Positions 39,694 through 48,423 of a DNA stretch of 64,000 nucleotides are shown in pieces. Made by a program: the position numbers and the translations under genes. Origin of the DNA: an uncultured delta proteobacterium (GTDB lineage Bacteria; Desulfobacterota; Binatia; Binatales; Binataceae). Every line of letters begins with the position of its first letter. Position 1 is the first letter of the stretch. The stretch covers positions 3,520,001 to 3,584,000 of the forward strand of contig CAWEEQ010000004.1 of NCBI GenBank assembly GCA_963808235.1, in the 5' to 3' direction. The notes beneath the pieces were generated by a model. It was not told the origin of the DNA. It made no database searches and worked only from the letters and a program-made list of their open reading frames with translations.

Positions 39694-40365
39694 TTATGCA
39701 TGCGCATCCGCCAAGGCTGGCGCGCTAAGTTGCTTGAGCGCGTCCGCGAACTCGGCGAGGAAACGGGCGACGCTCGGACGCTCGCGCATCCGCGATACCC
39801 ACGCTACCAGGTTGGTGCATTCCGGCGGCGGCGCGGCCTGCATCATCGAGGTGAGATTGATCGGCGAGAAGCACGATATGTCGGCAACGCTGAAGTCGCC
39901 GCACAGGTACTCGCGCTTGCCGATCTCGCGATCAAGACGCTGGTATTGGCGCTTGAGCTCGGCCATCACCTGCGCTACTGCTTCGCGATCTCGCGTCGAC
40001 GGGTCGGGCTTCAGGAACACCTCACGCACCAGCACGCCGAGGTGGGGCGCCAGCAGGGTGTCGCCGAGATCCTCCAGGATGCGGCATCGCGCGCGCCCGG
40101 CGACGCCGGAGGGAAAGAGCGCAGGCTTTGGAAAGCGCTCGTCCAGGTACTCGAGGATGATCGTCGAGTCGTAGATCACCGTCTCGCCGTCGACCAGCAC
40201 CGGAATCTGCGCCTTGGGATTAAGCCGCGGCAGTTCCTCAGGCTTGATCCATCCGGTCGCGGGAGTCCAGTTGACAAGCCGGGTTTCGTGCGCGATCGCC
40301 TTCTCGGACAAGGCGATCCGCGGTTTTGCGCTGTAGACGCTCAAGGGAGAGTAATAGAGCTTCAT
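39694..40365 (-). CDS. Glutathione S-transferase family protein
   Basis: MKLYYSPLS, LNPKAQIPVL, DSTIILEYLDE and FSVADI. Confidence 0.92.
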   Translation of the reverse strand: MKLYYSPLSVYSAKPRIALSEKAIAHETRLVNWTPATGWIKPEELPRLNPKAQIPVLVDGETVIYDSTIILEYLDERFPKPALFPSGVAGRARCRILEDLGDTLLAPHLGVLVREVFLKPDPSTRDREAVAQVMAELKRQYQRLDREIGKREYLCGDFSVADISCFSPINLTSMMQAAPPPECTNLVAWVSRMRERPSVARFLAEFADALKQLSAPALADAHA

Positions 40366-40455
40366 CGTTTGCCTCCGTTCAGTTTCCAAAAATGTGTGAG
40401 CGCATTTTCAGGGCTCGCTACTGATCATGAGGATCATGTGCTCGCCGGCAGAGCG

Positions 40456-40504
40456 AGTGGACCATCTATAGTTCCACTTTAGGAAATAATTCAGGATCCA
40501 CTTT
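40456..40504. promoter_or_regulatory. MocR/GabR-type operator (two direct repeats plus one inverted)
   Basis: TCCACTTT at 40473 and 40497 (24 bp apart) and the inverted AGTGGA at 40456, between divergent GST and MocR genes. Confidence 0.6.
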
Positions 40505-40550
40505 TCAGGTCGAGATTCGCGTAGTACGGTCGCTTAAGAGAGGTGCGCGG

Positions 40551-42026
40551 ATGTTCCTGAAACTCGATACAGACGGCGCTCTGTACGATCAGATCTATCG
40601 GGCGATACGCGGACAGATACTCAAGGGGCAGTTGTCAGCGGCGGCGCGGGTTCCGGCAACGCGCGACCTCGCGCTCGAGTTGGGCGTCTCGCGCAACGTC
40701 GCGATAATGGCGTACCGGCAACTGCTCGACGAGGGCTATCTGACTGTGCACAGGGGCGCTGGCACATTTGTCGCGCGCGAACTACCGCGCTCTCTCACAC
40801 AGGTTGCCGCGCGCCGCCGACCGGCGCCGACCCGGACGCTCGCGCCGGTGCATCTGTCGGCATACGCGCGCCGGGTGCGCGAGGCGTCCGCCGGCACGCA
40901 ATTCACCTGGGAGCCGAATCGCGATGTGCTGCCGTACGATTTCCGGTACGGTCCGCCCTCTTTCACCGATTTTCCGCACGAGACATGGTGCCGTGTGATA
41001 GCTCGGCGCGCGCGCCGGGTCACGATTCGCGATCTCGACTACGGAGCGCCGAATGGGTTGCCCGCCTTGCGCGAGGCGATCGCCGACTACGCCGGCCGCG
41101 CGCGCGCGATCGCATGCACGCCCGAACAAGTCCTGGTGGTCAACGGATCGCAACAGGCGCTCGACCTGGCCGCGCGCGTGCTCGTCGATCCCGGCGATGT
41201 CGTGCTCATGGAAGAGCCGCACTATCGAGGCGCGCGCACCGTGATGAGAGCGGCCGGCGCGAAGATCGAAACGATTGCGGTGGACGAGCATGGGCTGCGC
41301 ACCGCGGAACTTGCGCAACGGCGCACCGCCAGCAGACTCGCCATCGTAACGCCGTCGCATCAGTTTCCCACCGGCGCGGTGATGCCGCTCGGGCGGCGCC
41401 TCGAGCTACTGTCATGGGCCCGAGGTTCCGGCGCCTGCATATTCGAGGACGACTACGACAGCGAGTATCGCTACTCCGGCCGGCCGATCGAGGCGCTCGC
41501 GGCGCTAGACGACAGCGGGTGCGTGCTCTATGCGGCAACGTTTTCGAAAGTGATGTTTCCGTCGCTCCGGCTCGGATACATGATCCTTCCTGAGCGGCTC
41601 GTTGAGCCATTGCGATCGGTGAAAGCGTTGATGGACACCGGTGGCCCCAGCCTCGCGCAGGCCGCGCTTGTAGATTTCATTCGCGAGGGCCATTTCGAAC
41701 GACATCTGCATCGGACCCGCACGCGCAATGCGAGTCGGCGCGCCGCGATGCTCGAAGCCATCGAGCGCCACCTGGGCAGTCGCGCACAGGTGTCTGGAAT
41801 CAATGCGGGGCTTCACCTGGTGCTGTGGCTGCGAGATATGCCGGCGTCGAGAGCGCGGGAATTACGAATGCGTACGGCGCGGGCGGGAGTCGGCGTGTAC
41901 TCGGTGGATGCGTTTTATCTCAACCCGCCGAAGCAGGTCGGACTGCTGCTCGGGTACGCGTCGATGCCGGAAAAGCAAATCGCCGAAGGCATCCGCCGCT
42001 TCGCGTCCGTGGTCAATTCACTCTAA
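40551..42026 (+). CDS. MocR/GabR-family PLP-dependent regulator
   Basis: wHTH ATRDLALELGVSRN; TPSHQFPTG, EDDYDSEY and TFSKVMFPSLRLGY. Confidence 0.95.
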   Translation: MFLKLDTDGALYDQIYRAIRGQILKGQLSAAARVPATRDLALELGVSRNVAIMAYRQLLDEGYLTVHRGAGTFVARELPRSLTQVAARRRPAPTRTLAPVHLSAYARRVREASAGTQFTWEPNRDVLPYDFRYGPPSFTDFPHETWCRVIARRARRVTIRDLDYGAPNGLPALREAIADYAGRARAIACTPEQVLVVNGSQQALDLAARVLVDPGDVVLMEEPHYRGARTVMRAAGAKIETIAVDEHGLRTAELAQRRTASRLAIVTPSHQFPTGAVMPLGRRLELLSWARGSGACIFEDDYDSEYRYSGRPIEALAALDDSGCVLYAATFSKVMFPSLRLGYMILPERLVEPLRSVKALMDTGGPSLAQAALVDFIREGHFERHLHRTRTRNASRRAAMLEAIERHLGSRAQVSGINAGLHLVLWLRDMPASRARELRMRTARAGVGVYSVDAFYLNPPKQVGLLLGYASMPEKQIAEGIRRFASVVNSL

Positions 42027-42059
42027 GAGCGAATCAGCGGACCGACGTTTCGACTCTCT

Positions 42060-43814
42060 TCAATCGAGCTTGCGCTTGCCGTAATAGGGCAGCGTGGTTT
42101 CGCCACTCGCGTCGGGCTTCGGCTGCTCCTTCGGAGCCTTCGGCGCGCCGGCGCTGTACATCGCCAGCGTCCCCGGTTCGATCACGTCGCGGTCGGTGAC
42201 GATGTTCAAGCAGGCGGGCCGGCCCGACGCGAGCGCGCGCTTGAGCGCCGGCGCAATATCCGCCGCGCGCTCGACGAGTTCGCCTTGTGCGCCGAGACCT
42301 TCTGCCGCGCGCTCGTAATGCACCATCCCGAGCTCGGTCGCCATGTGGCGGCCTTTGCCCCACATGATTTCCTGCCCATGCTTTGACATGCCCCATTGCT
42401 GATCGTTGTTGATCACCACGGAGATCGGCAGGTTGTTCTTCGCGGAGGTATGGAATTCCGAGAAATTAAGTCCCGCCGACCCGTCGCCCACGATGCAGAA
42501 TATCTCGCTGTCAGGATGAGCCGCCTTGCACGCGAGTGCGAACGGGAGCCCGGTTCCGAGGCATCCGAGATAGCCGTGGGTCAGGAATCGCCCGGGATGA
42601 GTCGCGGTCCATGCATTCGACATCCATGCGGCGGTCTCGCCGCCGTCGGCGACTACGATCGCGTCGGGACTCAAAGTTTTCGCGATCTCGTGCACCATCC
42701 GCGCCGGATGAATCGGGCCGGGCCGGTCGCTGAGCGCCTCGTCGAAGCGATGGCGCATCGCATGGCGGACCGCGCTCAAGCGCTCGAGCCATTGCGCGTG
42801 CGGATCGAATCTTTCGTTTTTCGCCGCTTCGATTGCCTGGCGGAGGAACTCGCCGCAATCGGAAACGATGCCGAGTTCAATGTTGCGGTTGCGCCCGATC
42901 TCCTCGGGCTCGATGTCGACCTGGATCACGCGCGCGTCGGCGGGGATCACCGAGTTGCGTCCGCCGGTGAACATCCCGATTCGCGTACCGAGCAAGATCA
43001 CGAGGTCGGCGCTGCCGCCGGTCTGGGCATGGATCGCGGGATGAATCGCGCCGAAGCCGCCGAAGCATAGCGGATGCTCCTCGGAGATCGAGCCGCGCGC
43101 CTTGGAGTTGGTCATCACCGGGGTGTTCGTAAGCTCGGCAAAGCGAGTCAGCTCGGTACCTGCTTGCGCGAACCACACTCCGCCACCGGCGAGGATCGCG
43201 GGACGCTTCGCCTCGCGAAGCCAGCTGAGCGCCTGCACGAGCGCGGCTCTGCCCGGACCCGCCGGCTCCGTCGGCCGATCTTGCGGAAACGCGACTCGTT
43301 CCTCATCAACGCGCGCGAAGAGCACGTCAATCGGCAGTTCCAGAAACACCGGCCCGGGGCGTCCTGAAGTCGCATGGCGGAAGGCGGCGGCCAGGTATTC
43401 GGGAATGCGCTCGGTATGCGTCACGCTGCGCGCCCATTTGGTGATTGGCCGCAGGATGCCCATCTGGTCGACGGCTTGCAGAGGCAATTTGTCATCGTCG
43501 GCGAGAGGACTTCGTCCGGCGATCAAGATCATCGGGATCGAGTCCATGAACGCGTTGGCGACGCCTGTGACTGCGTCGGTGACGCCTGGCCCGGCAGTTA
43601 CGATCGCGACGCCGGGACGCCCCGTCGTGCGCGCCCATCCGTCAGCCATGTGCGCCGCGGCCTGCTCGTGGCGAGTATCGATCACGCGGAAGCCGTGCGC
43701 GCCACAGGCCGCGTAGATCGCATCGAGATGGCCGCCGTGGAGGGTGAAGATCTCGCGGACGCCTTCTCGTTCCAGCGTCCGTACCAGCATCTCGCCGCCG
43801 TCGATCTTTGCCAT
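42060..43814 (-). CDS. ThDP-dependent enzyme, benzaldehyde-lyase / 2-hydroxyacyl-CoA-lyase-like
   Basis: GGEMLVRTL...FTLHGGHLD, DTRHEQAA, HGYLGCLG and GDG...NND, similar to the benzaldehyde lyase N-terminus as I recall it. Confidence 0.85.
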   Translation of the reverse strand: MAKIDGGEMLVRTLEREGVREIFTLHGGHLDAIYAACGAHGFRVIDTRHEQAAAHMADGWARTTGRPGVAIVTAGPGVTDAVTGVANAFMDSIPMILIAGRSPLADDDKLPLQAVDQMGILRPITKWARSVTHTERIPEYLAAAFRHATSGRPGPVFLELPIDVLFARVDEERVAFPQDRPTEPAGPGRAALVQALSWLREAKRPAILAGGGVWFAQAGTELTRFAELTNTPVMTNSKARGSISEEHPLCFGGFGAIHPAIHAQTGGSADLVILLGTRIGMFTGGRNSVIPADARVIQVDIEPEEIGRNRNIELGIVSDCGEFLRQAIEAAKNERFDPHAQWLERLSAVRHAMRHRFDEALSDRPGPIHPARMVHEIAKTLSPDAIVVADGGETAAWMSNAWTATHPGRFLTHGYLGCLGTGLPFALACKAAHPDSEIFCIVGDGSAGLNFSEFHTSAKNNLPISVVINNDQQWGMSKHGQEIMWGKGRHMATELGMVHYERAAEGLGAQGELVERAADIAPALKRALASGRPACLNIVTDRDVIEPGTLAMYSAGAPKAPKEQPKPDASGETTLPYYGKRKLD

Positions 43815-43997
43815 TGGCGTATCTCCTGTCCCGAGCCACGCCCGCGATACTGCGAGCTATTTGTGCTGGACCATGATGCTGGACACTATAAGTCCGTCAC
43901 AGTTCCCGTACCAGCCACGCACTCAGCGGACTTTCAGCATCGAATCGCAAGGTGTTAGGCTTTCTAATTGCGCTGTTAACTGTCCACTGGTCCCATC

Positions 43998-45431
43998 ATG
44001 TCATTCAACGAATATGCCTCCTTCGACGGCCTGGCCTTGGGCCGCATGGTGCGCGAGCGCGAGGTTACGCCGGCTGAGCTGATGGACGCGGCTATTGCGC
44101 GCGCGGAAAAGCACAACGCAAAGCTCAATGCGATCGTCTTCAAGGACTACGATCGCGCGCGAGCCGCCGCGTCTCAGCACAAGGCCGGTAATGCGCCGTT
44201 CGCAGGCGTGCCGCTACTGCTCAAGGACATCATGGGCGACTGCGCGGGGATGCCGACGCGGTCGGCGTGCGCATTTGTTCCAGCCACGCCGATGCAGCTG
44301 GACTCGGAGTTGGTGGCCCGCTACAAGCGCGCAGGCTTTATCCCCTTCGCCAAGACCAACGCGCCCGAATTGGGAATTCCCCCCGTGACGGAGTCACGTC
44401 TGTACGGGCCGGCGCGCAATCCGTGGAACCTCGAGCATACGCCGGGTGGCTCCAGCGGCGGCTCAGCGGCTGCGGTTGCGGCAGGGATCGTGCCCGTCGC
44501 ACACGGCAACGACGGCGGCGGATCGATTCGAATTCCCGCGTCGTGCTGCGGATTGGTCGGTCTCAAGCCGACCCGCGGGCGCATCTCGCTCGCGCCAAAT
44601 CTCGGCGACATCCTGGGCGGTTTCATCGTCGAGCACGTGCTCAGCAGGACCGTTCGCGACAGCGCGGCCGCACTCGACGCGACCGCCGGCCCGATGCCCG
44701 GCGATCCGTACTTCGCGCAGCCGCCTGTCCGGCCCTATCTGCAAGAATCGTCGACGCCGCCCAAGGGGCTGCGAATTGCATTCTCGACCGAGAATCCGCT
44801 CGGTGGCAGGATTCATCCGGACTGCGTCGAGGCGACGAAACACGCGGCCAAGCTGTGCGCCGGGCTCGGTCATGAAGTCGAAGAGGCGACACCGCAACTC
44901 AACTACCAAATGCTCGCGCAACTGTTCGAAATCGTTTACTCGAGCGGAGTGGCGCTGTCGATCGAGGCGACGCGGATGCTGACCGGCGCCGAACCGACGC
45001 CGGACAAGTTCGAGACCTTCACCTGGAACATGTACCAGCGCGGGCGGCAGGTATCTGCGACGCAATATCTGATCGCGCAGGCGCTGCTTCAACAGGCCTC
45101 GCGCCAGTTTGCGGCGTTCTTCGAATCACATGATCTGCTCCTGACGCCCACCCTGGGTCAGCCGCCGCTTCGAATCGGCACGATCGATTTCATGAGTCCG
45201 GCCACGACGCTGCTCGACGAGAAGTTGACGAATTTTGCGGTGGCCTGCCCGGTTTACAACATCACCGGGCAGCCGGCGATCTCGTTACCGCTCTATTGGA
45301 GCCGTGAGGGCCTGCCGATCGGAGTGATGTTCGGCGGGCGCTACGGCGACGAAGCGACGCTGATCCAACTCGCGGGCCAGCTCGAACAAGCCGCGCCGTG
45401 GATCGGTCGCAAGCCGCCGGTTTGGGATTGA
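43998..45431 (+). CDS. Amidase-signature family amidase
   Basis: LLKD and [14 protein letters not shown]...[22 protein letters not shown]. Confidence 0.95.
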   Translation: MSFNEYASFDGLALGRMVREREVTPAELMDAAIARAEKHNAKLNAIVFKDYDRARAAASQHKAGNAPFAGVPLLLKDIMGDCAGMPTRSACAFVPATPMQLDSELVARYKRAGFIPFAKTNAPELGIPPVTESRLYGPARNPWNLEHTPGGSSGGSAAAVAAGIVPVAHGNDGGGSIRIPASCCGLVGLKPTRGRISLAPNLGDILGGFIVEHVLSRTVRDSAAALDATAGPMPGDPYFAQPPVRPYLQESSTPPKGLRIAFSTENPLGGRIHPDCVEATKHAAKLCAGLGHEVEEATPQLNYQMLAQLFEIVYSSGVALSIEATRMLTGAEPTPDKFETFTWNMYQRGRQVSATQYLIAQALLQQASRQFAAFFESHDLLLTPTLGQPPLRIGTIDFMSPATTLLDEKLTNFAVACPVYNITGQPAISLPLYWSREGLPIGVMFGGRYGDEATLIQLAGQLEQAAPWIGRKPPVWD

Positions 45432-46048
45432 ACGTTCAATTGAAAATCGTGAGGCTCCCCAGCGCGGAGATTCCCACCGCCGCGGCGACGCTCGCGCGCG
45501 CGTTCCACGACGATCCGCTGATGGTCTACGCTATTCCCGACCCGGCGGAACGCAGGCGGCTGCTGCCTGAAGTGTACGCGAGGATGATCCGCTTCGGCGC
45601 GCTCACAGGCGAAGTGTATGCGACCGCGGACGCAGTCGAAGGCGTCGCGGTCTGGCTGCCGCCGAATGCAAAGTGGACGCGCGAGAATATCGAAGCGTCG
45701 GGGATGCACGAGACGGCGTCGCTTATCGGTAACGACGCGTATCAGCGCTATCGCGACGTGGTCGGACGCGAATGGCAGGCGCGCGAGCGCGACATGACCG
45801 CCGCTTGCTGGTACCTGTTCCTGATCGGCGTCGAGCCGAACCGCCAGCGGCGCGGGCTCGGTAACGCGATGATGCGCCCCGTGGTAGCGCGCGCGGACGC
45901 CGAGAATCTCGCTTGCTATCTCGAGACCGAGAACCAGCGCAACGTCGCGTTCTATCTCAAACAGGGCTTCGATATGATCGTGAACGGCGAAGAGGCCGGC
46001 ACAAGCGGCGTCCGCTTCTGGACTTTTTGCCGCACGGCAAAACACTGA
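45428..46048 (+). CDS. GNAT-family N-acetyltransferase
   Basis: LARAFHDDP, WYLFLIGVEPNRQRRGLG and CYLET...NVAFYLKQGF; TTG overlaps the amidase stop. Confidence 0.88.
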   Translation: MNVQLKIVRLPSAEIPTAAATLARAFHDDPLMVYAIPDPAERRRLLPEVYARMIRFGALTGEVYATADAVEGVAVWLPPNAKWTRENIEASGMHETASLIGNDAYQRYRDVVGREWQARERDMTAACWYLFLIGVEPNRQRRGLGNAMMRPVVARADAENLACYLETENQRNVAFYLKQGFDMIVNGEEAGTSGVRFWTFCRTAKH

Positions 46049-46077
46049 ACGGCAATCGACGAACTGCGAGCAACACG

Positions 46078-47124
46078 ATGGCAAATGAAAGCGGCCTCGG
46101 CGCAGTCGAGGTGAAAAGTTTCTCGACGAAAAACTTCTCTCTTCAAAGCGGCGCGGTCCTGCCCGAGCTAAAGCTCGCGTACGAAACCTATGGAACTCTC
46201 GCGGCGAACGGACGCAACGCGATTCTCCTCACCCACGGATACACGTCGAGCCAGCACGCGGCTGGACTCGATGCGAATGGCGAACCGGGATGGTGGGACG
46301 GACTGGTTGGGCCGGGCAAGGCGATCGACACCAGCAAGTATTTCGTCGTGTCATCGAACATGCTCGGCTCGTCGTTCGGCTCGACCGCGCCCGCGAGCTT
46401 CAATCCGAAAACCGGCAAGCCTTATGGACCGGATTTTCCGGAGTACACACTGGTCGACATCGTCACCGCACAGCGCGCGATGCTCGATTCGGTCGGGGTG
46501 AAGCACCTGGTCGCGGTCGCGGGAATTTCGTTCGGCGGCTACCAGGCGTTTCAATGGGGTGTCACGTTTCCCGACGCGATGCGCGGAATCGTCCCGGTAG
46601 TCACCAGTCCCAGTGCGACCGACGGCGAGCGGATGGTTGCCGACTTGCGGGCGCGGTTTGCCGAGGCTCCCGGATGGAACCGCGGGCATCATTACGGCAA
46701 CTCGGAGATGCTTGGCTTCATGACGGAACTGCGGGTTGCAACGCTCAAGCGCTACGGTATCGAAGCTGAGCTTGCCCCAAGGTTTCCCGATCCGGCCAGG
46801 CGTGACGCGGTAATCCATCAGCTGGCGGAAAAATGGGCGAAGATCTTCGATCCCAATTCGTTGATTGCGCTGGCGCAGGCGCGCTCGCATTACAACGCCG
46901 AGAAGGACTTCGCGAAGATCCGCGCTAAAGTGCTCTACGTGCTGTCACGCACTGACAAACTTTTTCCGCCGAGCATCGCGCCGGCGGTGATGGCGAAACT
47001 GAAGGCGGCTGGAGTCGATGCGACTTACTTCGAGATCGACAGCGACAAGGGTCATCTAGCGAGCGGCGCCGACTGGGACAAGTGGGATCGCGTGTTACGC
47101 GACTTTCTAAAGCGCCTCGAATAA
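46078..47124 (+). CDS. Homoserine O-acyltransferase (MetX)-family alpha/beta hydrolase
   Basis: LAYETYGTL, HGYTSSQHA, WWDGLVGPGKAIDT, GISFGG, TDKLFP and KGHLA. Confidence 0.85.
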   Translation: MANESGLGAVEVKSFSTKNFSLQSGAVLPELKLAYETYGTLAANGRNAILLTHGYTSSQHAAGLDANGEPGWWDGLVGPGKAIDTSKYFVVSSNMLGSSFGSTAPASFNPKTGKPYGPDFPEYTLVDIVTAQRAMLDSVGVKHLVAVAGISFGGYQAFQWGVTFPDAMRGIVPVVTSPSATDGERMVADLRARFAEAPGWNRGHHYGNSEMLGFMTELRVATLKRYGIEAELAPRFPDPARRDAVIHQLAEKWAKIFDPNSLIALAQARSHYNAEKDFAKIRAKVLYVLSRTDKLFPPSIAPAVMAKLKAAGVDATYFEIDSDKGHLASGADWDKWDRVLRDFLKRLE

Positions 47125-47209
47125 GCCGGATTTCGTGCGCGGAGAGTCGGGCCCGATACTGTGGGCGACCGCCTCGGATACAGATACAATCGTAAGTGGA
47201 GAAGCTGCC

Positions 47210-48403
47210 ATGGGAAATGCCGCCGCAACCCTCGACGTTCGCGAGCGCTCCGACGCCCGAAGCGTCGCGGCAGCGCGCATCGCTTCAATTCCTTGGTACG
47301 TATGGTGTCTGGCCGCGGCCCCGGCTGCCGACTTGTTCGGCGGCTACTGGGACATTTCGTGGCATATCTCGATCGGCCGCGACACTTTCTGGACTCCTGC
47401 ACACATGATGATCTATCTCGCGGGAGTGCTGGCCGGAATCGCCAGCGGCTACGCGATACTGTCCACCACCTTCGGCACTTCGCAGGAAGCAAAGGACGCG
47501 AGCATCTCGGTGTGGGGATTTCGCGGGCCGCTAGGATGTTTCATGGCAGCGTGGGGCGGATTTGCGATGCTGACCTCGGCACCGTTCGACAACTGGTGGC
47601 ACAACGCATACGGGCTCGACGTCAAGATAGTCAGCTTGCCGCACTCGATGCTGGGCATGGGCGAGCTCATGATCGAGCTTGGCGCGATGCTGCTGGTGAG
47701 CGCGCATCTGAATCGCGCGGCGGGCGCTTATCAGCGCAAGCTCGACTGGCTCCTGCTCGCAATCGGCGGCATCGTCGTGGCTGGCTCCGCGCTCTTCATC
47801 CTTGAATCGACGCCGATGGAACTCATGCACAACTCGGAGTTCTATCGCGCGGTGGCAATCGCGTTCCCCGTCGGGTTGATCGCGATATCGGTGGTCTCGA
47901 AGAACCGATGGCCGGCGACCACGATGGCCGCCATCTACACAGCCCTGTTTCTGGCGGGGCTGTGGCTCTTCCCGCTCTTCCCCGCAGCGCCCAAGCTCGG
48001 CCCGGTCTATCAGAACATCACGCACATGGTGCCGCTGTGGTTCCCGGTGCTGGTGATTGCGCCCGCATTCGCACTCGATCTGCTGCGCGCCCGGATGGGC
48101 GAGGATTGGGGCGGCTGGAAATCCGCGCTCGCGGCCGGTTGTGTTTTCATCGCGGCATTCGTCGCGGCGCAATGGCCATTTGCGGACTTCCTGATCTCGC
48201 CGGCCGCGCGCAATCCGATCTTCGGCGCCAACTATTTCGGATTTTTCGATCCCGCCGTTCTGCTCTACAACCCCTACCATTTCGCGCTAGACCCGACTTC
48301 TGCCGCATTCGCGAAGGGAATGGCGCTCGCGCTCGTGATGTCGATCATCTTCTGCTCGCTCGGGATGGCACTGGGCAACTGGATGCGCACTGTGCGGCGC
48401 TGA
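47210..48403 (+). CDS. Polytopic membrane protein with PmoC/AmoC-like metal-site motifs and a PmoA-like C-terminal half
   Basis: About 9-10 hydrophobic helices; WDISWHISIGRDTFWTPAH (47351-47404) and FDNWWHNAYGLDVKIVSLPH (47588-47644); C-terminal FPVLVIAPAFALDLL...QWPFA. The CDS is secure; the homology is inferred by eye. Confidence 0.6.
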   Translation: MGNAAATLDVRERSDARSVAAARIASIPWYVWCLAAAPAADLFGGYWDISWHISIGRDTFWTPAHMMIYLAGVLAGIASGYAILSTTFGTSQEAKDASISVWGFRGPLGCFMAAWGGFAMLTSAPFDNWWHNAYGLDVKIVSLPHSMLGMGELMIELGAMLLVSAHLNRAAGAYQRKLDWLLLAIGGIVVAGSALFILESTPMELMHNSEFYRAVAIAFPVGLIAISVVSKNRWPATTMAAIYTALFLAGLWLFPLFPAAPKLGPVYQNITHMVPLWFPVLVIAPAFALDLLRARMGEDWGGWKSALAAGCVFIAAFVAAQWPFADFLISPAARNPIFGANYFGFFDPAVLLYNPYHFALDPTSAAFAKGMALALVMSIIFCSLGMALGNWMRTVRR

Positions 48404-48423
48404 CGCGCGCCGATCTCTCCCCG

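Noticed and set aside
46078-47124. Naming this gene metX, or treating amidase-GNAT-MetX-like genes as part of the copper module
   Set aside because: The family includes non-biosynthetic paralogs and no methionine genes are adjacent. Co-orientation alone does not show a functional link.
47908-48423. N-terminal 170 aa of the 679-aa ORF
   Set aside because: It overlaps the membrane-protein gene out of frame and has Arg/Ala/Gly-rich shadow composition. A clear signal peptide starts at ATG 48424.
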